Source: Peribolospora baueri (Eukaryota). Taken from it: 64,000 nt of DNA. Numbering within the stretch: position 1 is the first letter of the stretch; the number at the start of each line of letters is the position of its first letter. The stretch is from the NCBI GenBank assembly GCA_029717555.1, contig JAMDHS010000039.1, positions 124,001-188,000 on the forward strand, given 5' to 3'. A program made the translations under genes and the position numbers. Below, one piece after another: positions 23,749 to 35,505 of this stretch. The notes under the pieces were generated by a model. The model was not told the DNA's origin, searched no databases, and saw only the letters and a list, made by a program, of their open reading frames with translations.

Positions 23749-25990
23749 ATGACATCCTCAGCGGGATCCGCCAACTTCCCTCCAGCACTCAAGTGAGCTT
23801 TACGCTGCATCCGAGCGATGTGAGCTTGGCCGATAGCTAACTCTTCTCGTCCTTGCCCATGCCTCAGAGCGTTCGTAAACCGCACTTTCGCCGAGGTCGC
23901 GAACCATCCTAACAAGGACAAAGTGAATTCGGAAATGAAGACACTCATTTTCGATGCCTTCAAGTCCGACTCGATTGACAAGATTGATTGGGATAACGTG
24001 CAGCTCGAGAGGTATGTTGAAGAGATCGGAGTGTAGTCCCAGACGGCGGACGTGGAGCAGGAACCATGCGAGGCAGTCTCTTTTCGGGGGGTCCTTCCGA
24101 TGGGATCTGTCTGCATGATGGCGATGACGGAGGCCATAGCCCGTGTGCGGACCAGCGCTCTCAGAGCTGTGTCATCTTCTTATTAGCTTCCCTAAATTTC
24201 TTTCACATCGGACAGCCTCAAGAAGAAGCCGACCAAGGCGAAACCGAACAAACGCAAGAAGTGAGTCAACTGGTTCACGTCGCACATCCTGTTCTCATGC
24301 TGACCAAACTTATTTCACTCTCGGGTTTCCCTGCCGTTGGCTTTCAGGTCTCCGACCCGAAGTTCTTCATCTTCTCACACTTCTTTTTTCCACACAGGTG
24401 ATTCTTTTGACGACATCGAACGACGACAGAAACGAGCGAAGCGGTTCGAGCGCGACCAAGAAGAGGAAAGTCTTGGTGATACCGGTACTCTCGCGGACCG
24501 GCTTGGGGCGACCAAGCTGAGCTCTGGCATGGCGTCTGGGTCATGGCGAGCGAGAGATGCAAGCGTAGGTACGGAAGAGGGATATGGGCCTACCTTTGAC
24601 CCTGTGAGTTATTAGCGTCTCGCCTCTCCTGGTTTGGCCGGCTCGGCTGCTAACTCGTTGGAGTTCTATTTAGAACGTTATTGATTGGGACAAGCACACC
24701 ATAGTCGGCACATCCACCAAATTGGAGAAACCTTTCCTTCGGCTTACGGATGTGCGCGTTCAATCTGCTTCTATCTTCGCCGTCGTCGAATTTGTCCGGG
24801 TATATTTGACGCCTTCTGTCGTTCTCGGCACTCGTACAGGTGCCCGACCCCAAGCTTGTCCGACCGCTCCCCGTGCTAAAGCAGACCTTAGAGCTCTTGA
24901 AGAAGAAGTGGCGTCAAGAGGGTAACTATGCGTATATTTGCGACCAGTTCAAGAGCATGCGCCAAGATCTGACCGTTCAGCGAATCAAAAACGATTTTAC
25001 CGTCTCGGTCTACGAAATTCACGCGCGAGTGGCTCTGGAAAAGGTGAGTGAGCGAGATCGACCTTTTTGTCCGTGGCCGGAATCCTTACGCAGGTGCGGA
25101 TCTGGATTCTTTCGTCTTTCAGGGCGATCTTGGGGAGTACAATCAATGCCAGAGTCAGCTGCGACAGCTATATGCGTACAATATCCCAGGACACCCGATG
25201 GAGTTCCTTGCGTATCGGATCCTCTATCTGCTACATACGCGCAACCGAAGAGGCGAGTCTTTCTTCTCCTCTGTGCGGCTGGCATGGCCGCTTTCTAACC
25301 GTGATGTTCGCTCTCCTCAACCCTTTAGACGTCAACGCTCTGATGGCTGAATTAACTGCCGCTGACAAGGCGAACCCGGCTGTCGCGCATGCACTGAAGA
25401 CCCGCTCGGCACTTGCCACCAATAACTACCACCTTTTCTTTCAGCTTTTTAACTCCGCTCCCAACATGGGAGGCTATCTTATGGACCATTTCATCGAACG
25501 AGAACGGCTGAATGCTCTGATGATCATGGCCAAAGCGTGAGTATGACCCCCTAATATTCTGGATTGACAACGCTCAAGGCGAATTCAATTCAAAATGCCC
25601 CGCTTCCATTCGTTCCGCATCTAGGTATCGCCCTCATCTCTCTCTTTCATTTATTACTCGCGAGCTCGCTTTCGAGGACGCCGCTGAAGCAGATCGCTTC
25701 CTCCGGGAGCACAATGCGGCTTTCTACGTCGACCCTACACCAGCGCAAGCTGCCTCAGCAGGAGCAAATACCACTCAAAACAAGAAGTTCAAGAAAGTTG
25801 CCAAGATCCCCTACGAGCAGAAGTTGTGGAACGGGCAGGCTGCCATGGCCGGCCTGCGGGACGCTGCGGAGAAATACCGCAAGGTCGACGTGAGTGGCTT
25901 GCGCGGGTGTTTGTCGGCTTTATCATTCCCACTATATTCATCTCGCTCTTTTTGCCTTTCCACGTCTATCAGATCAAAGGACAAATTTGA
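23749..25990 (+). CDS. THP3: SAC3/GANP-domain protein, Thp3/LENG8-like
   Basis: IVGTSTKLEKPFLRLT, VRPLPVLKQTLELLKKKW, YAYICDQFKSMRQDLTVQRIKNDFTVSVYEIHARVALEK|GDLGEYNQCQSQL, EFLAYRILY, C-terminus KVD|IKGQI*. Start codon is uncertain. Confidence 0.9.
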
Positions 25991-26763
25991 ACTTCCTTCT
26001 CAGCGTGGCCACTGCGTGGCCACTGTTCTAGTGGTCTGGGTCACCGTTCATCTCCTATGCAGCGTCCTCGCCCTCGTCCAAACCACGCATCTCCGCATCG
26101 GCCCTCACGCAGCACTCGTAGGCGCTGACGCGAGGGGAGCTGTTCCTCGTGCTTCGATCCTCCCGCATCGTTTCCATCTCCGTCGTTGTGAGCGACGCGG
26201 CACACCTCGTCGACTCGCCGAGCATCCCCGGCCCTCGAAGTCGACAGCCGAGCGTCCCCGGCTTCCATCTTGGCGTAACGGACGAACCTTGACAGCGCCG
26301 CCCAACGCGTCGGTGCTCACTCGCGCGCGCATTATGACGCCCCCTCGCCCTCAGTCTTCCGAGAACTACTCACCCTTGTGGCCGACACATCCGTTCCTCG
26401 ACAGTCTGCTCTCCACATCTACGGTATGATATTTTCGGTCCTTTCAATCCGTCTTCTCGTTTCTTCTTGTCGTACTTCGTGGCTTCGACCGCGCCATTCT
26501 CTACCGTTCGGTTTCGGCCGCGATGGGTATCAACATGTGGGCGCCGCCATCGCCTGGCCGCGCCTCGTCCGACTGGACTCTTTTTCTTCACACCTGTTTT
26601 TGGTTTGAGCATTCTTGGGGGAAGAGGTCGGACGGTTCTCTTTCATTGGTCGTGTTCGCGCAAGTTGTCGCCGTTTGTATATCTAGCATGCATTGTGAAC
26701 TCAACAAATTCACCATTCCGACGCGACTTTGTCTGATATCACGGAGAAAGGTGAGAGGTGAAG

Positions 26764-28664
26764 CTACACGAAGCTAGCGACGGTGCGCCTGGCCGTCAAT
26801 CTTCCGGCCTTTATTGTCGTCCTGCCGAACGGAGGACTCAAAACGGCCCCAGCTAAGGAATCACAGCCATCCAGAAGAACGAGGTCAGCCACTTGACCTT
26901 CACGGACATCCAAAGGCTCTGGTTGGTCGTGCTGAGCGTCGTCCATGGGGTCCACGGGTAAAGACATGGAGCGCCCGCCGGCTGCTCGTGCGGCGCCAGT
27001 GGTGACCATCCTCTGTGAAGGATTTGCGCACGAAAGGCGTGAGGGATCAATGGCTATGTCAAAGATGAGGTGGCAGAGTTGGAGGTTAGGCCATTAGATT
27101 GCAATTGCTCACCATAAGCTGTACCAGATCAGTCGGACGTGCAGACTGCCAGACGCCCACCATCATCGGCAGGAGTGCTAACGGGTCGCCATCGCCTTGA
27201 GGTGTAAAGAGGTTGGCGACGTTGCTGATATGACGTGGGGACGGACATACGGCCGATTAGAATCCAGATCTGGACGAGACTATCGATTCTCGCGCGCGGG
27301 CGCCCGACTCACTTGACCCCGAGAGCCGTCTGCAAACCGCGCCTGTTCAACTCGGGCGCGAAGAAGCTCCCCCTCGGCCTCTCCGCCCACCTCTTCGCCC
27401 GGCCCATCATGTACATGTCGCTGGGCGGCAAGGCGACAAACGTCACGTCCAGTCCTTCACACTCTTGCTGAAGCCGGTCGAGTTCGACGTCGGTGAAGAG
27501 GGAGAGGTGGGTCATGTGCCCTAGCGTGAGGTGGCGCGTCCTATCCCCGCCGTCGCTGTGATGGACCGTGGAAGAAGCTCGAAAACGACGGAGGACATCC
27601 CATACGAGAGGATTTCTGCTCGCGTCTAGGTCGTAGTCGAGGTGGAAGTCAAGGTCGAGACAGTTCTTCTCTGCCAACTTAAACACGGTCTCTATGTTGA
27701 CCATCTCCCTCTCTCGCTTTGCCTCGCTCCCTCCATCCGCAAATTCGACGTATGGCGCCGAGCCTATGGACGCGACTCCTGGGGTGGAAGCAGCTCTTTC
27801 GAGCAGGTCCATCATCGCAGCCTGCTTGGATGAAGAAGAGGGGTAGAAGAGAGGATCTTGCGCAAAAACGGAAAGATGAATGTCGCACCGGTCGTTATAG
27901 AGGTTGCGAAGGTGCAGGCCAGCTTCAAGGCAGGTGAGGCCGACAGTGGGGCTGTCGCGACGGACCAGAAGCGAAGGCAACGTCATCAAAGGACTGTTGG
28001 GAAACGAGGTCTCAGCTGTGGTGGACATTGCTCACTCTACTTCGACATGGGCTCGGAGGGCCACGACGCCGTGCGAGATAGATGACTCGATGAGTCTTCG
28101 GCCTCGGGCTACGAGCTGTTCCATACGAAGACGTTGAGGGCGACTGATATAAGCTTCGGGTGGTATCCGGAGTAGAGGAACAAGCAACGTTGAACATCAT
28201 TGTCGTAACACGCACATCCTCAAAGGTAAAGCTGTTCTTCCTATGAAAAGGTCGATGGGTGTATTTCCGCCTTTAGCAGTTGAATTCGCACACGGATCGG
28301 TCATTTAACGAAAGACGGGAGGAGCTCACGCTTTCGCTGTCCCCTCAAGTGCTTCTCCAAAGCTGCCATCCTTCATTTGGCACCTATCCAACAGGTAACA
28401 CTTATCGAGATGAAGGTGAGGATGAACTAATCCGGGAAGCAGCAAGCTGCCGTGCGCGAGAATCTCATCGCCTGAAGGAGGAAAGTCAGAGACGGTCTGG
28501 AAAGGGGCGATGGGCTTCCGCGAGATATCGCAAGGGCCATCGGTCGGTCGCACGGCGAGGATGACACCGGAGGCTTGGTCAATCTCGACGTCCACCAGCG
28601 CTCCACTTGCCGTGCGCGCCGTTCGTATACGGAGAATGCCGCGGCGAGATGGGTCCAATGCCAT
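26764..28664 (-). CDS. Metal-dependent amidohydrolase, bacterial-type cytosine deaminase (CodA)-like
   Basis: LLLPGLVHPHLHLDKC (HxH), ARGRRLIESSISHGV, SVFAQDPLF, IGSAPYVE, DLDFHLDY, LTLGHMT, VALPPSDMYMMGR, NVANLFTPQGDGDPL, VREGQVADLVL. Confidence 0.85.
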
Positions 28665-28993
28665 GTTGGCCTGGAGAGGACGGTTGATGTCAGCGCGTGG
28701 CGAGGTCAGTATCAGCGACAGCTCCACGGCTTTCATTGGAATGCTGTCACGTGCGAGCGTCGATCGATCGGCCGCAGCTGCCCCGGAGCCAGATAGTGCG
28801 ATCGGCCGCAGCAAGTGTGGAGGTGGTTACGCGCTCGTTCTTCTCGAGCTTTCGACCTGACGTGTTGCTGAAGCAGTATATCAACCGAGGCACCCCCCTC
28901 GAAATATACTTCTCATCTGTTCCCTTCCGCCTCTCTCCCGCCTCTCTCTTCCCTCACAGATTTGAATGAGTTATATGTTCATTGATTTGTGCC

Positions 28994-31922
28994 ATGTCTG
29001 AGCAAGTCAAGGTGAGCAAACGAATTCATGGTGATGAATCTGAGCGGGATGGACGACGCTGACCGGCTGGGTCTGGCACTCCTCCCGTGAACAGCTTTAT
29101 GTCTATGACCTGAGCAATGGTCTTGCCAAGTGAGGGCTGATGAGCATTGTGTAATAGGAATTTTTTTGTTGGAGACGCTGACCCGGGCACTGCGACTTTC
29201 TGTCAGGTCCATGTCCTTGCCCCTGACCGGGAAGCAGATCGACGGCATCTGGTGAGCGAAAAAAACCCTATATCAAAGCACGAGTCACCTCATTGACGCA
29301 GCTCGTTTGCATTTTGCTCTCTGCTTCTTCGATCAGGCACACGAGCGTCATCGTGTTTGGGCAGGAAATCTTCTACGGTCAGGGCATCAGCCGAGTACGA
29401 CCGGGGACTTCACATGTGCGTCCCTCTCGTCCTCCGTCTTCATAAAGATGGCTCACAAAGTTGACTTTCGTCTCGTATTCTCAAAGCATGGTCAACCGCT
29501 CTCAATACACGACATGGGTAACACGGCGATAGACAAGGAGACGTTCGAAGAGTACCTGCAAGAGATGGACGAGCACTACACCGCGGAGAAGTACCATTTG
29601 CTCGACTTCAACTGCAACACGTTTTCTCAAGACGTCGTGAGCTTTTTAACGGGCGCCAACATCCCGGCATACATCAAAGGTGGGTGTCATGCTGCATGAA
29701 CGTTCCAAATCGCTTCCGGCGTCTCTAATAACCTACCTCTCTCGTAACCCCTCTTGCTCGATGCTTTCTGACAAATTCAGACCTACCTTCCGACTTCCTC
29801 TCAACGCCATTCGGCGCTTCTTTGCGCCCAATGATTGACAACATGTACCGCCCTCGTGTACCGGCGTCAGTAGGCGGTCCAGCTCCTCGGGAAGCTACAC
29901 CTCCTATGGGCACTGGAGGCATACAGGACGCTCTCCTGCAGGCCGTGGCCAATGGTGCCTTCGCTTCGCAACAGAACGATTTTGTCACGACTGCAGCTGG
30001 AACGAGTGGAAGAAGTCTTTCCGGCGCGCGAGCGGAGCCAGCTCTGAACGGGGACGTGGCCGAGGTAGTCGTGTCCCCGCTTCATTCCGTCACGCAGGCG
30101 GGGGCGTTCGACCGCCTGAAGAGCGAGCATCGGTGTGTAGTGGCCATGTTCACGAGCGAGGTGAGCAACCGTTCCTATCTTGGTGAGTGTGATTACCGCG
30201 GCCACTATGATACCAGCGGATGCATCTTGTTCTCTTATCATTTGCAGACTTGCGCCCCTTGTCGCGCCATCATGCCTACGTACGAGTCTCTGGCGCGATC
30301 GCACTCCTCTATGGTATCGTCCGGAGACGTAACTCCACCCTCCGCCAAGACTTCGGCCGGTGCCGCTCGTCGACAGATGAAGACGAAGCAGGTGGCATTC
30401 GTCAAAGTGGAGTCGGGCCCGGCGAGCATGGAGCTTATGAGCAGGGAGCACGTTTCGGCGACGCCTACTTTTCGCTTTTACATGGATGGCAGGCAGGTGA
30501 GCCGATGGCAACTGGGCAAGGGAAGACGGTTCGCGTACTGAACGCCTGGCGGATCCAATACATGTCGTTCATCCAGGTCAATGAACTGAAGGGAGCAGAC
30601 GCGGCGGAACTGGAAACGCAAGTAGACCTGCTCTTGTACTCGGCCTATCCCCGTGAGTTTGCGCGCTGTCCATCGTGTGCTCTACTGTTACCGTTCTCGA
30701 ACATTTTCCGCTTCACTCCTCATAGCGCATCACCATACGAAGGTTTCGGTCAAAGCCATCGAAGCCTTGCCAAAGTCCCCGATCCGGTACACCACCGCTC
30801 CGAACATTTCCACAGCCGTCTCAAAGCTGGTCGGCTTCATAGAGTCTTCTTCACGGAGCGCGGATCCGAATGTCGCCGACGCCAAAAAGATAATCCAAAC
30901 GAGGGTGAAGGTGTGGCTAGAGTCTCGGTTCGCCGAGAAGGCCCTGACCACCGGTTTCGATAAAGGCGAGGACGTCGACGTCGGGCCGGCGCCGGGTGAG
31001 GAGCTGCTGAGCGAATGGAGCGCGGCGACAGTGAGCGTCGTTGGCTTGCTGGAACCGGAACAGGTGTTCCCGGCGATCGACTTGCTTCGACTCGCTCTAG
31101 TCGATGGGCGGGTAGCGGAGTGGCTCGCTCTAAAGACGGAGACGTCGGCGTCGGTGTCGGCGTCGGATCCGGCTTCGTCCCTTCTGGCGACGGTCTTGGC
31201 CCTGGTTCGCCGGCTGGACAGCCCGCCACGGCCTTTGCTCCTCACCTCGCTCCGGATGATCTGCAACGCCCTAGCCGCGCCGAGCCTTGCGGCCGTGCTC
31301 CTCTCGCCCGCGTCCTCTCAAGCGTCTTCAAGAGCACGAGAAGACCTGACGTCGCTCATCGTCTCGTCCCTCCTCCACGAGGACGGGACGGTGCGCACGG
31401 CGGCCGCCGGCGTGGCTTTCAACGCGGCGCTGTGGATCTGGGAGGGAAGGGTGGAGTGGGTGGACGGGGAGGTGGACGAGGTGGAGGGCGACTGGGAGAC
31501 GGAGGTGGTGAGCGCGCTACTGGAGGCGATCAAGAGGGAGGAGAGCAGCGAGGACGTCGGTGCGTGAGGCGTTTCTCGGACCGCCACGGTCTTTTTTTTT
31601 TTTTATTTTTTTATTTTTATTTTTTTTTCCCTTCCTCCTTCCTTCGCTTGTTCACTGATGAGCTCCCTTCCGCCTCTGTCTTCTTTCTTCCAATCCGTGC
31701 GTGCGTGCATGCATGCATGCGTACCTACGCGCAGTACACCGCCTGTCCGCATCGCTCGCCTTACTCCTCCACCTCTCTCCGTCCTTCGGGAGCCACTTGG
31801 AGCCGTTGCTCGACGTGCTCGAAGCGCCGGTGTCGCTCGAGGCCAAGGCGGAGGATGTCAAGGTGGTCCGGCGGGACGAGGTGAAGCGGCTGCTGCTGGA
31901 CGTGGCCAAGCTGACGCGATAG
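28994..31922 (+). CDS. PPPDE (DeSI-type deSUMOylase/deubiquitinase)-thioredoxin-like-PUL domain protein
   Basis: MSEQVK|LYVYDLSNGLA, IDGIW|HTSVIVFG, YHLLDFNCNTFS (His/Cys dyad). FTSE|TCAPCRAI and VSATPTFRFY...ELKGAD (thioredoxin). VFPAIDLLRLAL, LLLTSLRMICNA, VRTAAAGVAFN and E-VVSALLEAIKREE (PUL). Confidence 0.9.
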
Positions 31923-32325
31923 AAGGCGATGAGGTGGATGGATAGAGAAAGAGAGATTATTGGTCTGGTCTACTTTGGTTCGTTTCGTTCGTTAATTCGT
32001 TCGGTCGGTCAGGGTCGTTCGAGTCGGCACTACAACTTCTATGATACACGTGCAAGGGGGGGCCCCGGGGGGGGGGGGGTTAGAACGAACATCTCGCGTG
32101 CGGAGACTTGTCTGGTTTACAAACGGGGGTGCTGGAAGGAAAAGGAAAATGGAGAAGGGCGAAAGGACGGAAAGAGGACGGAAGGGTAGTGGGTGGGGGA
32201 AGCAATGGAAGACATGTCGACTATCCATCCGTGCGTGCAAGAGAGAGAAGAGAGAGGAGGAAGGAAGGAGAAGGGGCCCGGCCCGCCTTTCTATGAACGC
32301 GCGACGAACGAAGGAACGGAACGGA

Positions 32326-35300
32326 TCACCAACCAAAGCGCTCGCCAGCGAGCATATCAACGTCCAAGTCGAGTGCGGCGAGGAGGCTGCTAGGCCTGCG
32401 GTGTTCGAAAGGCCCGTATCCGTATCCGTATCCGAAGGGACCGTGTCCGTGTGCGTGTCCGTGTGCGTGTCCGTGACTGAAAGAGAGGCGGGTTGGCGTG
32501 GGCGTCTTGAGCTGCTGGGAGGAGGAGGAGGAGGAGGAGAACTGGTGGAGGATGTCGTCGACGGTGGAGGGTCCGCTCAGGCCGCCGAGGCCGAGGCCGA
32601 GGAAGGAGGAGGAGGAGGGGACGCCGCCAGTTTGGGCCCTGGTCAGAGCGTGGGACGGTGCGAGGCCGCGGTCTTGGCCGCGGTCTTGGCCGTGAGTCGA
32701 ATCGTGACCTTGACCGTGACCGTGACCTTGACCGTGGTGAGCATGAACTTGAGCAAGGGCCATCATATCAGAGGAGTGACTATGATGCCTCGAGAACGTT
32801 CCGCGCACGGGACTGACGAGCATGACATCTGCGTTTCCGCATACGAACCTCCTAAAGAAGGCTGTCGTGGGCGTACTGACGGGAGGTGGACCGAGGGCGT
32901 CGGCGTCGTCGCCGAGGCTGAGTCCGAGTGTCGGCAAGGGCGAGATGGAGATCGAAGGCGCGGCAGCAGCAGCGGACGAAGAGGAGCTGGAGCCAACCAC
33001 ATCTCCCGCCTCTCCTCCTCCCTCCAGCACACGCACGCCCATCCGGGGCGGGGGCGGCATGTCTGCGTGGGTATGTGGGAAGAGTGCGCCGGTGCGTGCT
33101 TCAAGAGCGAGCGCTTGAACTTGGGCTTGCGACGAACCGGAACCGGAACCCGAAGCTGAAGGTGGCCCCAGTGCCAGTCCCAGTCCGAGGGCAGGAGCGG
33201 GAACAGGAGTGACGAGCGCGGGGGCAGACGAGCCGAGAAATACGGCGGACGAATAGACGACGTCTACGTGGGGATCATCGGCAATAGGCCTAGGCCGGCT
33301 CTTGGGGCTGATCGGCTCCTGTTCCTGCAATTCTAGGATGCGCTGGAGGGAAGCGGAGGGGGAAGAAGACGAAGACGAAGACGAGGAGGCTTGTGTCGCT
33401 GCTGGGGCGAAGCCGGGTTGGTGGAGCGGCAGCGGCGCCGGGCGGGGTCGGTTTGCCTTCTTCGGACTCGACTCGGCGGCGAACGGGGATTGAGGATGCG
33501 TGAAGGAGCCGGCCTCCGAAACGGCGACGGCGGGAAAAGTCCAATTGAGAGCGTTTCCGATACTCATGCCCATGCCCATGCACATGCCCATGCCCATGCC
33601 CATGCCCATTCCCATCTCGATGCCCTGCGCAGTGCTGGGGCGCTGCACCTGCACCTGCGTCTGCGTCTGCGTCTGCGTCTGCACCTGCACCTGGCCCATC
33701 CCCATCATCCGGCGGTGCGGCTCAAACCAAGCCGGCTCTGAAGAGCAAGCGGCGGCCAAAGCCGACGAGGTGGTGGTGGAGGAGTCGGGAGCAAGGAGAC
33801 CGTTCCAGGTGCCGAAGACGGTGTGTTGCTCGTTCCGCACGAACGGGTCTCGCTCCGGGGTGTATTCCGGGTCTTCGTCCGGTGTACCGGTACCGGGTTG
33901 GTGAAGCTGATGTAGAGAGGAGGATGGGCCGTGGAGGAAGAGTCCCTGTTGGGCGGACAAGGAGGGAGGAGCGGAGCTGGGCCGACGGATGCGGAGGGAG
34001 GGCGGCTCGGCGGGACCAAGACCGAAGGCACCCCCTCCGGCCGCGGGGACCTGCAGATGGGACGATAGGGCAAGACCGATGGGCGCGGCGAACAGCGGCG
34101 CCGGGGCGAGAGGAGGGGTCGGGTGGCAGAACTGAGGGGTAGGCTTGGAGGGCTGTACGGGCGGCTGGTGCGTGGCCTCAAAGGTAAAGTTGGAAAAAAA
34201 GGTGGGCAGGGACGACGGGGACGGGGAAGGGGGTGACGAGAGCTGTACGGCGGCGAAGGGGGCTTCGATGTTGAGCGGGGAGGAGGAGGAAGGGTTGGAG
34301 AGGTCTTCCTGGGAGGAAGAAGCGGGCGGCGGGAGAGTGGGAGCGGGCGGGGGCGGCGGATTGAAGCGACTCCGGCCGGAGCGACGGGAGGCGGCGGCGG
34401 CGTCGAGGCGCCTCTGGCCGGTCTGTCTGGAGCGGGTGACGGCGGCGAGTTTGGCCTTTGTGAGGCGGGACGAAGACGAAACGCCGCCCTGAAGGTGGCT
34501 GTCCAGGCTTTCCTTGGCCTCCTTGGCCCTCAACCTCGTCTCCCTCGCCCGGTCCCTAGCAAGCTTCCTAGCGAGCGCCTTCCTCTCCTCCGGACAGAGC
34601 TCATCCTTGACAATATTCCTGCCAAGGAGCTCGGCGGCGATGCGGGAACACTCGGCCTTGCTGTTGTCGTAAGTGTCTTGCGTCGTCTTGCGGCGCGTCA
34701 CCTTCTGGCGACGGTACACAGGCTGATACTTGTAGCCGGGATACTTCCTCGCATGCTCCTCCTTCTCCTTCTCCGCCAGCTCGTCCCACACCTTTCGCTC
34801 TTCGGCCGTCATGTTTTGCCACATGTTGCCAACGATGACGGAAAAGTTCTGCTGCGCGTTTTCCACGTTTTTCAGCGCGCCTGTAGCGTGCATGTGAACG
34901 CGAAAGAGGATGAACGCGTTGCGGGGCCGCTTGACGTGGTTGTCGGCGGTCTTGCGTGCGTGGGACGCCGTCTTGCGTTTGGGCACGCCGAGGATCGGGT
35001 CGAGCTCGACGGGCGGTGCGGGCGAGGGAGAGGTGAGCGCGGGCGGGACGAGGGGGACGGGGGAGATGGGACGGGCGGTGCGGGACGACGGCCCTGGGGA
35101 CGGATGGGGGCTAGGGCTCGAGCCGGCGGGACTGGAGGTGGAGGAGGCGTAGGAGAGCCATCCAGAGTTGGAGGATTCGTCGGAGAGGGCGCGGCGGTGA
35201 GAGAATTGGGGCTGGAGGGAGAGGTGGGATAGGGGCAAGTCGAGGATCGGGCTGGAGGTCTGGCCACCAGCGCCTGGTCGAGGGGGAGTGACGATGTTCG

Positions 35301-35505
35301 AGAGTACGCTCTGGCGGCGTTGAGGGGAGTGAGCCCAGACCTGCTGGGCAGACGTAGATGTACCGTTGGCATGACCGGTCTGGGTCAAAGGCACGGTCGG
35401 TGTGGGCGGCTGGACGGTGAGGTCGGGCATGGCGGGCGGCAAGAGATACGGAGCGGCGGAGGGTGGTCCGTGCGCGCGGTGATCGGGATCCTCGAATTTG
35501 TGCAT
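32326..35505 (-). CDS. HMG-box transcription factor (MATA_HMG/Rox1-like) with a very long low-complexity C-terminus
   Basis: Single long ORF. HMG box HVKRPRNAFILFR...FSVIVGNMWQNMTAEERKVWDELAEKEKEEHARKYPGYKYQP at ~34716-34945. First ATG is at 35505; the ORF track start at 35571 is GTG. Confidence 0.88.
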   Translation of the reverse strand: MHKFEDPDHRAHGPPSAAPYLLPPAMPDLTVQPPTPTVPLTQTGHANGTSTSAQQVWAHSPQRRQSVLSNIVTPPRPGAGGQTSSPILDLPLSHLSLQPQFSHRRALSDESSNSGWLSYASSTSSPAGSSPSPHPSPGPSSRTARPISPVPLVPPALTSPSPAPPVELDPILGVPKRKTASHARKTADNHVKRPRNAFILFRVHMHATGALKNVENAQQNFSVIVGNMWQNMTAEERKVWDELAEKEKEEHARKYPGYKYQPVYRRQKVTRRKTTQDTYDNSKAECSRIAAELLGRNIVKDELCPEERKALARKLARDRARETRLRAKEAKESLDSHLQGGVSSSSRLTKAKLAAVTRSRQTGQRRLDAAAASRRSGRSRFNPPPPPAPTLPPPASSSQEDLSNPSSSSPLNIEAPFAAVQLSSPPSPSPSSLPTFFSNFTFEATHQPPVQPSKPTPQFCHPTPPLAPAPLFAAPIGLALSSHLQVPAAGGGAFGLGPAEPPSLRIRRPSSAPPSLSAQQGLFLHGPSSSLHQLHQPGTGTPDEDPEYTPERDPFVRNEQHTVFGTWNGLLAPDSSTTTSSALAAACSSEPAWFEPHRRMMGMGQVQVQTQTQTQTQVQVQRPSTAQGIEMGMGMGMGMGMCMGMGMSIGNALNWTFPAVAVSEAGSFTHPQSPFAAESSPKKANRPRPAPLPLHQPGFAPAATQASSSSSSSSSPSASLQRILELQEQEPISPKSRPRPIADDPHVDVVYSSAVFLGSSAPALVTPVPAPALGLGLALGPPSASGSGSGSSQAQVQALALEARTGALFPHTHADMPPPPRMGVRVLEGGGEAGDVVGSSSSSSAAAAAPSISISPLPTLGLSLGDDADALGPPPVSTPTTAFFRRFVCGNADVMLVSPVRGTFSRHHSHSSDMMALAQVHAHHGQGHGHGQGHDSTHGQDRGQDRGLAPSHALTRAQTGGVPSSSSFLGLGLGGLSGPSTVDDILHQFSSSSSSSQQLKTPTPTRLSFSHGHAHGHAHGHGPFGYGYGYGPFEHRRPSSLLAALDLDVDMLAGERFGW

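Noticed and set aside
25824..26700. 201-aa plus-strand ORF downstream of THP3
   Set aside because: Reads through the last intron and 3' UTR; low complexity with no supporting splice structure.
29012..29094. GTGATGA...CTGA in the first PPPDE intron, resembling C/D-box snoRNA boxes
   Set aside because: The intron is only ~80 nt, the boxes are too close together, there is no terminal stem, and the second CTGA is the branch site.
32041..33159. 372-aa plus-strand ORF and other ORFs overlapping the HMG gene
   Set aside because: Antisense, repeat-driven open frames with no recognisable domain.
32326..35505. HMG gene as a mating-type locus
   Set aside because: No pheromone, receptor or homeodomain genes nearby, and basidiomycete MAT loci are not HMG-based.
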